Origin: Harriotta raleighana
Taxonomy: Eukaryota
Reading direction: 5' to 3'
Assembly (NCBI GenBank): GCA_050575255.1
Contig: JBNZDD010013599.1
Location: 1,925,053-1,989,052 of the forward strand
Length of the DNA: 64,000 nt
Shown here: positions 37,751-49,976 of the stretch, one piece after another
Numbering within the stretch: the stretch's first letter is position 1
Layout of the letters: each line of letters starts with the position of its first letter
The notes under the pieces: model-generated
What the model saw: only the letters and a program-made list of their open reading frames with translations
Database searches by the model: none
What the model was told of the DNA's origin: nothing
Position numbers and translations under genes: made by a program

Positions 37751-40032
37751 CGTAGATCTACTAGACTAACTAGAGTGACCAGCAACTCGTGCTAAACCTG
37801 TACACCTTCTTGTGGTAAGGGTTCTTCAAAACTCTCTATTGATTAGAACCTTTCTCCCAAGTCCTGTCTACACACCCCACTCTGTTCTGCGATGAACATA
37901 ACGGATACACAGGGGGTGGACTTTAGCCAGTTTAATCTGTTCGGAAATCTGTTCCTCCGTTGAGTTATTTTAGGTTATTTTAGTGAACGCTGGCTGGAGA
38001 CTGCAAAAGGTATGTCTCACTGCTTCAACAGATGTGTGCTGAGAAAATATCAACACATTAATTGGAAACCTCGGATAATGGTCGATAATTCAGTAATACT
38101 TTGCTGAAGCTCAAATGATCTACAGTGCACAGTAGGGAATAGGAACATAGGAATGATATAACATCAGCAAGCCCTATACTTTTAACCAAAGGAAAATGCC
38201 AGGTGGCCTTACGGAAATATTATATTGGAGAATCCATCAATGTAGACTCGTTTTGATAAACTCTGGAACATGTGTAAGGCAACATTTCCGTTGGCATCGC
38301 TTGTAGCTAGTCTTGTAACTGGATAGTTTAATTTTCCAATTTAACTGGATGAATGGTTAAAACGGGCAGAAATCTATATTAGAAGCACGCAAGGTAGCTT
38401 GTTTTTGTTTCCACAGGACACAATGCTCTGCTCTATTAAACCTGGAAGGCTTTCCTGAAGTCACTGATTCCTAAGCCTACGCACTGTGTTAATTTGATGT
38501 TCATCCAAATTCAGCGTATATGCCCAAATTTTATGCATTTGTGAGGCCAAAGCCAAGAGCCATTCCCAATACTAAAATCCCTGCAAATTGTCGACCAACA
38601 GACGCAACTCACCCGGAGAAATTCCACGCGGGATAAGTGGAGGCAAACGCATTTCTACACTGCCAGGGTTCGTGAATGCAAACTCACGATTCACCCCACA
38701 GAATGATTCAACTTCACAAGCCTGCCAGGGACACAGACGCATGCTTCACTGCAGCATTGCCTGGGATGTGAGGCTGCCAGGGCAAATGATGCATGTTGTG
38801 TTGCGACAGCACAAAGGATTCAATACTCTGGCCAAACAAACCTCCACAGAAATGCATAGACGTACTGAATGCATTCTCCACAAGAATGGCATTCTCCGTC
38901 CCCCACCACCCCACCCCACCACCCACCCCCACCACCCCACCAACCCCTCCCACTCGTCTAGTGTCAGAAATTGCACACGTTTTGAAAAATATTGATACAG
39001 TCATCTTTAATCACATATCATAGACTGCTCATTGCCGTAGTGGTGGATCATTATTAGAGAGTAGAGATTAGTTGGAAAATTATGTGGTTCATTTGTGAAA
39101 ACATCAGATTTGTGCTAGGTTCATCTTTCTTTCTCTCTGTCTCTCTCTCTCTTTCTCCCTCTCTCTCACACACACACAATCTCCTCTGCGGGTTCAAATT
39201 ATTTCTGCAAGAATCTGCATTAGAGAGCTATGCAGATAACTGCTGAAATAGCCACTAGTTCAACCTCTCCATTCCTATTAATGTAGGCAGCGTAAAGTGA
39301 GATGATTTCAAGAGTATAGACTTTCAGCCACGTATTCCTAGCTATAAAAATTAATGATACCTGTTCCCCAGCCTGATGAAATATAGCCACACTCCCATGT
39401 AAAAGTTATGGCAGATATCAAAGCTTTTATGACAAACTTATTCTACACAGATCTACATTTCCATTCCAGTATTACTGACCTTCCCTCTGATATATCTCAT
39501 CATGATGTGAGAAAATAAGTTTCCACACCATCAAAACTTCGCTCCTTCTCTGTCTTCTGCCTTTGTTTCCTCTCATCTCTATCTTGTTTACCAGTATGCT
39601 CTAATGTAATTAATAGACTATGTCAAAGTGAATCTACATTTCATTAACCAACATCTGTGTTGTGACAGATACGTCGTAAAATCATGGCAGTCTCTTTGGA
39701 GCTTGGATACAGTGCTTTTTATTTATTTTTTGGGATTGGCATATGGTTTCAGAGAGAGAGAGAGGGAGAGAGGGGAATTACATTTACTATCGATTGCATA
39801 ACGAAGTTCAGCAATTCATAAATACGTACGACTGATTTTTCCAACTCGTGACAACGGTCACGGTTTTGGCTATGTTCCACGTTTCAGCATCAGAATCTTT
39901 AGTCACATTCAGATTACCTTGAAATATCCCGTTCGTCCCTCAAAAAAAAAACCCCAGAAAAGAATGACATAGACAACTGTGCAATTATTCCATATTCTTA
40001 TAAGACCATGCAGTCTTTACAACCACCACTAT

Positions 40033-40420
40033 TAATAATAATAAGAAGAAGAAGCTTTGCATTTTGATATCGTGTCTGATCAACAACAACAAAATTACAT
40101 TTAGAGAGCGCCTTTCATGTAGGGAGGACGTCGCAAAGCACCGATCATATCGTTAAAACATTTTGAAACTCTTTACAGGATTTATTGCGGAATGTAATAA
40201 GTGTATTTTGTGGGCAACACAGCAGCTAATTTACACAGATCACAATCGGCCAGGAGGTGAAACACCATTTGAAAAAAAAACCTTGGGGAGTGTTGGCTGG
40301 GATAGAGGGAGAAACTCCCCTCTCTTTTCGAACAGTGTCATGGGATCTTTAACCCCAGTTTTTCACGTTTCATTCAAACAACAGAACCTCTGACATTGCA
40401 GCATACCCCTGGCTTTGCAC
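40033..40420 (-). mobile_element. DeuSINE with an L2 mini-tail (40083-40142) inserted in its tail
   Basis: SINE body GGAGAAACTCCCCTCTCTTTTCGAACAGTGTCATGGGATCTTT...ACCTCTGACATTGCAGCATACCC. The insert is flanked by GATCA at 40078-40082 and 40143-40147. Confidence 0.75.
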
Positions 40421-40979
40421 TTTACACTTGCGAACAGATGGAATTACTCTTATAAGTCTATTTTTAATGGTCACTTGGCTTGTCTTTCACCACAATGTTT
40501 GTCATTATTATGTCAAGACTCATAAGAAAAGCAAAACCACTTGCGAAATATATTCGGCCGAAACGCATCAGGATACAAGCTGACATTTGATTTATTTCGT
40601 GCAGATACGATAGAGAGCATTAGCAGAACGTCCAGCTATTGTGGTATTGAAGAATAATATTACTGTAGCACTTAAATAAAAAGATTTTTTAACTGTAGAA
40701 CAACTTCATTGCAACTCACCCGGTTGGAAATTAACTCCATATTAATTGACAACATTGCCATCTAGTGGTATGGGATCAGTCGCTGCGAAGCCCAAACAGA
40801 CGTACCCTCAGATGAATTCCTTTTCATTTCAATGGAAATCGCTTTGTTTTCTGAAGATGAAAACCATGAATTATTCAGAGACAGACTTATAGATTTAGTA
40901 ATACACTGCCCTGCAAACTCGCAACTTGGCATAAGATTGTGCAAACGCAAACCAAGACTTTAAGTTGTTTTCCCAATTG

Positions 40980-41495
40980 CTTTTTTTTAAATTTGTATTT
41001 ATATTGCGCCTTTCACGTCGGGAGGACGTCCCAAGGCAAGTGAGGGGAGGGGTCGGGGGAAGAAAAGTAGGAAAAGTTGACTGTATATTTGTGGGCGAAA
41101 CGCGGCAGCCAAATTGCGCACAGCAGTGTCTCCCACAAACAGTCATGGAAGCGAGGGGCCCAGGGATGAAAGGGGGAAAGAGGGTAAAGGGGAGGGGTCG
41201 GGGTAGGGGGAAGAAAGCAGGAAAACTAGGTGTATATTTGGGGGCGAAACGTGGCAGCCAAATTGCGCACAGCGGTGTCCCACAAACACACGCGGAAATG
41301 GGGCCGGGGGAGAAAGGGGGAAAAGATGGCAAGGGGGGGAGAGACGGAGGGAAAAGCGGGTGGGGTAAAATCTCAGGGAGGAAAAAGGGGGGAGAAAGGG
41401 GGACAAGGGGGAAATCAGGGAGGACAAGGAGGGAGAAATGGTGGCAAGGGGGAAGAGGGAGGGAAAGGTGGGTGGGAGGCAAACCAGGGAGATGA
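40980..41495 (-). mobile_element. Dimeric Deu-core element with L2 stem-loop tail and pyrimidine-rich spacers
   Basis: Two ~147-bp units each contain TGTATATTTG(T/G)GGGCGAAACG(C/T)GGCAGCCAAATTGCGCACAGC..TGTC..CCACAAAC. The tail GCGCCTTTCACGTCGGGAGGACGTCCCAAGG is at 41006-41036. Confidence 0.75.
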
Positions 41496-41496
41496 G

Positions 41497-41750
41497 AAAG
41501 TGTTCAGTGCTCTGGTTAGGCCTCACATAGAGCGCTGGGTACAGCTCTGATTACTGCGACGCTAGAGGGCTACTCAGGCCTGGAGGCGATGCAGGCGAGA
41601 GCAACGAGAATTAAGAGGAATAAATCTATCTGTAATGATTAGACAAGTTCTGTTCTTCATTCTTGAAAGAGGGTATGACTGAGGGGGGGGGGGGGGAAGG
41701 GGTCCTTATTGAGGTATACACAATATTAAATGGGATTAAGAAAGTAAGGT
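41497..41750 (+). mobile_element. CR1 LINE ORF2 C-terminal fragment
   Basis: Translates with frameshifts as FSALVRPHIERWVQL...QGLEAMQARATR...LIEVYTILNGIKKV, matching the CR1 LVRPHLEY/QRRATR/LIEVYKI motifs. Confidence 0.85.
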
Positions 41751-41970
41751 TAGAACAATACTTTGGGATGCACTGACCCAGCAGAATTTAGGCCCAGGCT
41801 GACCCTCCCCCCACCCTCCAAAAAAAAGTAACTCAATCACAATTACCACCTGTCGTTCCAGCATTACCAATTCAGAAACAAACCTTAGATCATACTGCAT
41901 TTTAGTGGCTTCATCGCTGCCTGATTTAGATGCATTCCAGTTCCCCAAAGTGCTGTATAACAGGGATGTA

Positions 41971-42622
41971 CAGGCAGGCCTCAGGGTTAGGTTCCTAAGA
42001 TGTGGTGTAAGTCGAATTTGTATGTAAGTCGAGTCACCCCCCTATAATGCTTACAGTAACATACAGTGATTGGTTGTAGTGTATAGTGAGCTGCCCTCTC
42101 TCCCCTGCTCCCCTCCTAATATGTACAGTACTGTAAATAAAATAAAATATTACTATACTTACATGGCTTCATTGTGAGTCTAGCACTCGANNNNNNNNNN
42201 NNNNNNNNNNNNNNNNNNNNNNNNNNNNNNNNNNNNNNNNNNNNNNNNNNNNNNNNNNNNNNNNNNNNNNNNNNNNNNNNNNNNNNNNNNNNNNNNNNNN
42301 NNNNNNNNNNNNNNNNNNNNNNNNNNNNNNNNNNNNNNNNNNNNNNNNNNNNNNNNNNNNNNNNNNNNNNNNNNNNNNNNNNNNNNNNNNNNNNNNNNNN
42401 NNNNNNNNNNNNNNNNNNNNNNNNNNNNNNNNNNNNNNNNNNNNNNNNNNNNNNNNNNNNNNNNNNNNNNNNNNNNNNNNNNNNNNNNNNNNNNNNNNNN
42501 NNNNNNNNNNNNNNNNNNNNNNNNNNNNNNNNNNNNNNNNNNNNNNNNNNNNNNNNNNNNNNNNNNNNNNNNCCCCCCCCCCCCCCCCCCCCCTCGAAAC
42601 GTCGTAACTAGAGGACTGCCTG
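41971..42622. mobile_element. pogo/Tigger-like non-autonomous DNA transposon spanning the N gap
   Basis: Left end TA-CAGGCAGGCCTC; right end GAGGACTGCCTG(G)TA (11/12 inverted match); internal GTAAGTCGA repeats are typical of Tigger subterminal regions. Confidence 0.7.
42191..42572. other. Assembly gap (N run)
   Basis: Continuous Ns followed by a poly-C tract. Confidence 1.
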
Positions 42623-45514
42623 GTACATCAATGTATTCTCTTCTAGACTCTGGCGTGGAGGCCCTAGGTGAATAACGCTCGTCACTAAAGGAACCCATTT
42701 TTAATTGGAAAGTTACCAATTTACGCTGTGGATTTCCAACTTGTTGCAACCTCATACAACCCATTAATGCTAATCGGATCTCTTATATACAAAGGTTGCA
42801 TATTTTTCACCTTAAATCTGCATTCAAACTAGGCATTTTGACCTGGAATAAAAATGTAATAAAAAATTACATTTGCCCAGGATATGGAAATAGACATTGG
42901 TCGATGCCAACAGCGCTATCTGGCATCCTGACATAAAGGACATCCCATTATAGTGCAGCATAACCCCGAGTATTTATTTGACACGGATATTCAAATAGCA
43001 CAGCTGTGAGACTAATATGAAAGTGAGTATCAAAGTCATTCTGATGCATAAACACATTTAAACTTTTAATGGCCTGATGCTCTTGTCTGTAATAGTATCC
43101 CAGCCTGGAAAGTCCTATATGCTGTATACTGTATGTAGGTTCACAATACTACATGGCAGAAGAACATCACTGGGGGGGTGGGCGGGGGGGGGGGGGTCCA
43201 AAGTTGCTGAGTGAAAAAGCATAACCTGAAGAATAAGGGAAATAGCTGTACCAAATGAATATAGATTTTCAAATGATTGTCAAATCGCAAGCAGCTATCA
43301 AATGGGAAATTTCTCTGCTTTGTTCTCAACACATTGAATAAATAACATTCGTTCACCACAATTCTAATTCTAACATTCAAATGAAACAACGTGTGCAAGC
43401 TGCTGTTTAAAAACAGCGCTGCGGAAAACAGAGCTTGTTAAACTTGTAAAGTTGGCTAAATTCGAGCTGAAATCCATATGCAGTGGTTCACATTTATTTA
43501 GAAGACTGAACGTGTGTCCTTGTGTGCATTTAAAATGACAGAAAAAGCTCATTCTGGACAATATTGTGCAGACACTGCAATTATCTTAGCTGTGCCTTTT
43601 CGGCGAGTAGATCTGTCCAGCTGCTCTCCGAAGCTAACCATGGGAGTTGGTATTCAAATCCCAGAGTCTGCCATAGGCTTCCGATCCTCAAAGACTTCAA
43701 TTCATCTTCCTGTCATATTTTCCTGTCAGCTACCAAGGCTATTTTACAATGAGGTTTATCTTGAAAGTATAAGATAATCACCATCTACCCTTGTCGTCTG
43801 AAAAGAATATAGAAATGGTTCGCTTTCCGGTGATATATCCAGCCAATCATTTGCGTTCACTCCTTGATCCACAGTCCCATTTCATAGAATATTTATGAAT
43901 CGACTATTGTGATGATAATGATCTTCTTAATTGTGCGTTTCATATTGGTTTGCACAGTATGCGGAGTGAAATGATGCTTAAATGTCCCGATGTGATATCT
44001 AAATATCTGACGCCCCACTCATCTTTAATGTGCATCCTACTTTTGTGGCTCGTAAGCTCAAATTGCTATAATACTTTTGCATTGTTATACGATAAAAAGG
44101 ACACATGCCCTGAGAGATATCAAATACAAACTCCCTGCACCAAATTTTATATATATATATAATGTGAATCTTTATATAATATATATGTATAGAGAGAGAG
44201 ATAACGAAGGTGAATATTTCAGAGCTGACTATGTTTCTACTTTCATCATTTGAGGGTTCATACTAATAATCATTCTTCAAAAGCCACAACATATCAAATT
44301 TGTAGTTGCTTTTTATGGTGGATGATAAATCACGTGCCTTTTGAAAGCTGCAGAAAGCACTCGTTTGTTCAAACACCTAACGAGACAGTGGAAATAGCTG
44401 TGTGAGGATCAACCGGAACCCGTTGGAAGAAGCTAACTGATTTGAAAACGCTCACAGGTAAGACTTTGATATTTGCACTGACTTTAAGCAGACTGATACA
44501 TATTCAACTAAGCTCGGAATAGGCCGTGTGTAAAGGAACAGTCAAATTAGACCTCATTCTTTCTGCCTGCGGTTATTGCTTAAAAGCACATAAACTGTTA
44601 AAAATGCTTCAGTTCAAATTAATGCTCATTCATCCGTGCCAACATTCATTTCGACTCAACATAAAACTGTTTTGAATTATGAGTTTTGATCTCGGTTTAA
44701 GAAACCTTCAGCACTAATATCAGATTCTCGTGTGCTATTACCTTTGCTGCTTGTCATTAGGTCCGACATTACCATTCGAGAGACAGAGGCCCATTTTTAC
44801 AGAGAAAAGTTTTACGAGGAAACGGAATCCATTCTTGCAATGACCCTCAAAAGTATTAACAGTCAATGGAGAGTTCGACCTTGTAATAATCTGTTGCTTT
44901 ATTCTTGCAATTCTTTCTCTGAAAAGGGGGTGCAGAGGGGAGGGAATCAGTGTGGGGAAAAGTCACGAGTCTATTCGCAGGGCAAATGGGTAATAGGGCT
45001 TAAGACAACCAGCACACACTCTGAAATCTGTTCTATTTATACTCTTCCACAGCTGAAACGCAAGGTATTGCCAACAATCCCACGGAAACACGACACGATA
45101 AACCGCAAGCCCAAAGTGACAAAGAAAGAGCTCCTGAATCGATCATTATTTTTCCACTCCGCCTGACTAACTCGAAAATCACCAACCCACTCACTTCAAA
45201 GAAAACACAGCTGCAAGTGACGCAAATACCATTAGGGAGAAAATGAATATTTTTTTTTTTAAAAAGAGAGATTATCATATTACAAAATCAGACTGCAGGT
45301 GCAAGTTGTTAATTTTGCAAACTCATAGTTTAAGCCAGGGAGACAAGGAACTTGCTAGCACTTTGCTCTGAATCACAGTGTTGTTAGACCGCGATTAAAC
45401 ATGACAGTCTAGGACCCAGTTAAATGGAGATTCAGTGCTGCTGGTTTAGAACAAACACGAGAGAGCAGTCTGGAGAGAAAGGATTTGACATCAATTATTG
45501 AAGCCAATTCAGTA

Positions 45515-45930
45515 TGAGGCGGAGGCAACGGAGAAAGCGGCAGTCAACGGGAACACGTCCAAGGTTCTTCTTCAGCCCGCGGACGGCGAAACCCCAATAA
45601 CGCACGGAAACACCGCCTTGTTTTCAAAGGGCGGAGCGATCCAATTCGCGTAAGGCAAGGGGCTACGTGGGGACCTCCCAAAGTCTGCCCCGCCATGCGC
45701 GAATGTTATATCTGGCTAGGCCGTCACTCGTCGAGCAATTACGTTTGTCAATGTCATCCCAATCGCAGCCAGAGTTTAATTTGGCAATTCCTTGTGCTAA
45801 TTTGGCGGCCAGTTCTTAAGAGGACGACGGAACAAAAGGCACAGCGGGCCAAATGACCTGAATCTATCAGATATTATTGAAATATACTGTTTGCGCTCTT
45901 CCCTTGCCCATGCCCAAGGAACCAATGAGA
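45515..45930. promoter_or_regulatory. CpG-rich promoter candidate
   Basis: About 30 CpGs in ~340 bp against a CpG-poor background. GC boxes at 45629-45634 and 45688-45694; CCAAT at 45594, 45641, 45759 and 45922. Confidence 0.5.
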
Positions 45931-47337
45931 ATAACTGCATGACTTCCTTGGTGGATTTTACACGGGCTGAATTTTTTTTCTATTAAAAAAAAATGCTTCA
46001 TTAGGTTTTCCTGAATGGCTGTAAAGGGAGAACCCATGGTGTGTGTCTGAGGCCAGTTCTCTGGTTTAAACAGGTCAATGGTGCGTTTATCTGTAATTGT
46101 TGCTTAGTGTAAGCAAGCAGGACGCAGAAGTAAAACAAAATTAACTACAATACCAAGCATTGACTTCATTGAAAAATACATTATGGACTCCCAATTACCC
46201 AGCAATCAGATAGCCTTTCACGGTTACATTATGTAATGCTGAAACACTGATTCATTCCACATAAGGAGGCATGTTGCTGCTCATTTGAATGTACAAAATG
46301 CTCCAATTAATAGAAAACGCATCGGAATCAACATTTTCCATTCCATCCAGATTTTCCAAATCCAGGTTTGCTTAAAACAAAATCTTTATCATCACCCAAA
46401 CATTGATTTTCTGAGGTATTATTATATCCAGAGGCTTAGCGGTTTTCCATTTCATTTGCTCGCCTGTGTGTGTGTATGTATATATATGTCTATGTGTCAC
46501 AAATCTGCTTGCAGTAAAAATTAATGCACTTTATAGAATTAAAAGCTTAATGGAATTTTAATTTGATTTTCTGTGTTCCCGTGCTAAGCCTGGTACAAAA
46601 CCTTATTTTAAAATTTGCATGATCCCCAGCCGTGAGGATGACAAATTGACTAGTTTATGTTTAATTGTACTTTCATACAAACTGGGGTGAAAACTGGGGT
46701 GAAAAGAATAACTGTGCGGGGGGATAATGAAGAATGTAATTAATTGTAAATATGTATGGATATGCAAATTATTTGATTGCACAACTCATGCTTAAGGACA
46801 CACATGCACAGAAGTGTTCAGTTAACAGTCAGGATTTCTGCCAGTAGATTAAGAAGGGGACAAAATCTCGACATCTAACTTGCTACAAGGGAATTGCACG
46901 CAGTTGTAAGCGTTCGTACAGTATCTTCAAATAGTCAATTGAAGCTTCGCAGGTGGTTCGGAAAAGAGCTAGAAGCATGATTTTGAGACTTAAATCTTAA
47001 AGAAAATTGGGAGAAAAGGGGCGACTGATCAAAGTCTTTAAATGAGGAGAGATAGCTTTGTTTCTGGTTCCAAAGTGACCACAAAGTCCTGGTATTTCTT
47101 TTACAGATATATATATATATACTGTATACAGTATATTATGTATAGTGCACTGCCCGACAACTGACACATGTGGAATAATGATGATAGTTGCATATAGAAG
47201 TAATTAATTGTATTCAGTATAAGTGTTCAACTGTAGTTAGACGTTTGTGTGAGTGGCTTGTGTGCAGATCGGTGTGTGTGTGAGCGACATCATGTTCATG
47301 GCAGATAGTGATTTACCGCTATGTTTGGTGCCACATC

Positions 47338-47765
47338 TTAGAACATAAGAGCATAACAAACAAAAACAAAATGACATTTATAGAGCGCCTTTCACGTCGG
47401 GAGGATGAACGAAGGTGCAATAAGAATTAGGAGCAGGAGTAGGCCATTCAGCCCCTGGAGCCTGCCCCCGCCATTCAATAAGATCATGGCTGATCTATTC
47501 TAACTCCACCTGCCCGCCTTAACCCCAAATCCCTTAATTCCTTCATCCACAAGAAATCTATCCAGCTCAGTCTTGAATATGTTCAAGGACTGAGCATCTA
47601 TAGGCCTTTGGGGGGCGGGTAGAGAATTCCATAAATTCACTACCCTCTGAGTGAAGAAGTTTTTTTCTCAACTCAGTGCAAAAGGGCTGTCCCCTAGTTG
47701 TAAGAGTGTGACTCCTGGTGAAAGTCTCTCCAATCAGGGGAAATATTCTCCCGCTATCTACTTCC
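47338..47765 (-). mobile_element. CR1 LINE 3' end with an L2 mini-tail (~47355-47418) inserted in its terminal repeats
   Basis: AGAACATAAGA...TAAGAATTAGGAGCAGGAGTAGGCCATTCAGCCCCTGGAGCCTGC...CCATTCAATAAGATCATGGCTGATCT...AGAGAATTCCATAAATTCACTACCCTCTGAGTGAAGAA is the classic reverse-strand CR1 3' end. Confidence 0.9.
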
Positions 47766-49445
47766 GTATCATGGATGGAGTGACGAGGCGTAATGCATCT
47801 CAGACAGCCTGTTTCAGCTCCTCCATAGTCTCATATCGCTGATTTATAACAGGGTGGTAAAGAGGACTTTGTGGACAGCTTGAACACTCTTGTATTGCAA
47901 GCAGTTCCACCTCATCAACAAACCTCTTAAAAGTTGGTCACCTTTGTGACAAATAACTTGAGNTCTCAGTCTTGAATAAGTTCAAGGACTGAGCATCTAT
48001 AGGCCTTTGGGGGGCGGGTATAGAATTCCATAAATTCACTACCCTCTGAGTGAAGAAGTTTTTTTCTCAACTCAGTGCGAAAGGGCTGTCCCCTGGTGAA
48101 AGTCTCTCCAATCAGGGGAAATATTCTCCCGCTATCTACTTCCGTATCATGGATGGAGTGACGAGGCGTAATGCATCTCAGACAGCCTGTTTCAGCTCCT
48201 CCATAGTCTCATATCGCTGATTTATAACAGGGTGGTAAAGAGGACTTTGTGGACAGCTTGAACACTCTTGTATTGCAAGCAGTTCCACCTCATCAACAAA
48301 CCTCTTAAACGTTGGTCACCTTTGTGACAAATAACTGAGTCCACATGCATTGAGTTCGGCAAAGAATATTATCGCTACGACTATTTTCTTCCCTAGAATA
48401 CACAGTATAGGCTGCGCTTCACGCCACATNAGTTGGTCACCTTTGTGACAAATAACTTGAGTCCACAGGCATTGAGTTCGACAAAGAATATTATCGCTAC
48501 TACTATTTTCTTCCCTAGAATACACAGTATAGGCTGCGCTTCACGCCACATAATAAATATATTAATTATCTTCAATAAATACTTTTCTATTTCTTCACTA
48601 CCAGAAACACAGATGGAAACTGCTGCCCAAAAATCTNTAATAAATATATGAATTATCTTCAATAAATACTTTTCTATTTCTTCACTACCAGAAACACAGA
48701 TGGAAACTGCTGCCCAAAAATCTTTTACACTGACATCAGCTGCTTAAGTCGCCAATTTAGCTATATATATATATATACTGTATATATTTTACTGCTATAT
48801 ATGTATGTTGCATGGATTGGGACAGAGGTCAGAAGTGGTGGGCGAGTGGAATTCTTTCTCGTCAGCTACCTCGACACAGAGCATAGATAAAGATTGATGA
48901 AAAGACCTCAAAACGGAATATTGTGTCANTGAATACTCATGGATTGGGACAGAGGTCAGAAGTGGTGGGCGAGTGGAATTCTTTCTCGTCAGCTACCTCG
49001 ACACAGAGCATAGATAAAGATTGATGAAAAGCCCTCAAAACGGAATATTGTGTCAGCTGTTCCGGGAAGAAAGCATTTCAAATTCCTCACCCTCGTTAGA
49101 TCGCAATAAAGAAGAACTAATCGTTCTCAAGTCGGATTTTAAACCAATCCATTCTCGACCGCGAAAAAACAAACAATAACGTCCCTTTTTAGGAGGATGC
49201 CGCGACCTAGTGAAGCAATCTGACCCACCTCGTCCACTCGCCGCATTTTGGCAATGATCCAACAGCAACAGGAGCAACAAAAGGTTTTTATTAAGGCCAC
49301 GGCCTTTCTGCCNTTTCAACAGCAACAGTCAATTTACAGTCAATTTTTCCTACTCCTTTCCCTGAGCCCTCCCTCCCTACTTGGCTGTNATCCAACAGCA
49401 ACAGGAGCAACAAAAGGTTTTTATTAAGGCCACGGCCTTTCTGCC
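47566..49445. repeat. Cluster of duplicates around single Ns at 47963, 48430, 48637, 48929, 49313 and 49389
   Basis: Each N separates near-identical blocks differing by SNPs or short indels, including a 21-bp indel near 47696-47716. Confidence 0.88.
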
Positions 49446-49784
49446 TGGCTCGTGGATGTATCGGTCAAATACTGAAAGTAAATGGGAGGCATCTGCTTGA
49501 TCCAATCTCTGTAGTGATGTAGGGCTGGGCAGCTAAGACACCCCACTTGTGGAGTATCTGTCCATCGCTTCACATTATACTTTCGTGTTGATTCGAAGAC
49601 ATACGTTACTTTATGCAAAAGCATTTGGATCGTAGTTTAGTGGTATACATTGGCATCTAATTGATTGGTGTACAGTGGAAGGAGAGGGAGTAACAGTAGG
49701 GGGGATGCTATCTGCTGATGAAACTGTGGGATTCTTACCCCACAGACTCATACATTGCCTTCGTAGTGTCAAGCTTTTATTTTA

Positions 49785-49976
49785 ATAGAATCATCAAAAG
49801 GAGGCCATTCGGCCTATCGTGTCTGTGCTGGCTCCAAAAAGAGCTTTCCAACTCAATACCGATGGTTCGTTTTCTCGCCTTAGCTCTGCAATCGTGTCCT
49901 CCCCAAATACCCATCCACTTCTCTCTTAAAAGTTGTTGTTGAATCGGCTTCCACTACCCTTTCAGGTAATGCATTT
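49785..49976 (-). mobile_element. CR1 LINE 3' end (second subfamily)
   Basis: TAGAATCAT..AGGAGGCCATTCGGCCTATCGTGTCTGTGCTGGCTC...GCTTCCACTACCCTTTCAGGTAATGCATT. Confidence 0.8.

Noticed and set aside
40895-41550. Long overlapping ORFs (106-195 aa)
   Set aside because: They arise from low-complexity purine/pyrimidine-rich repeat sequence plus a CR1 fragment.
42174-42764. ORFs of 145 and 194 aa
   Set aside because: They are artefacts of translating the N gap.
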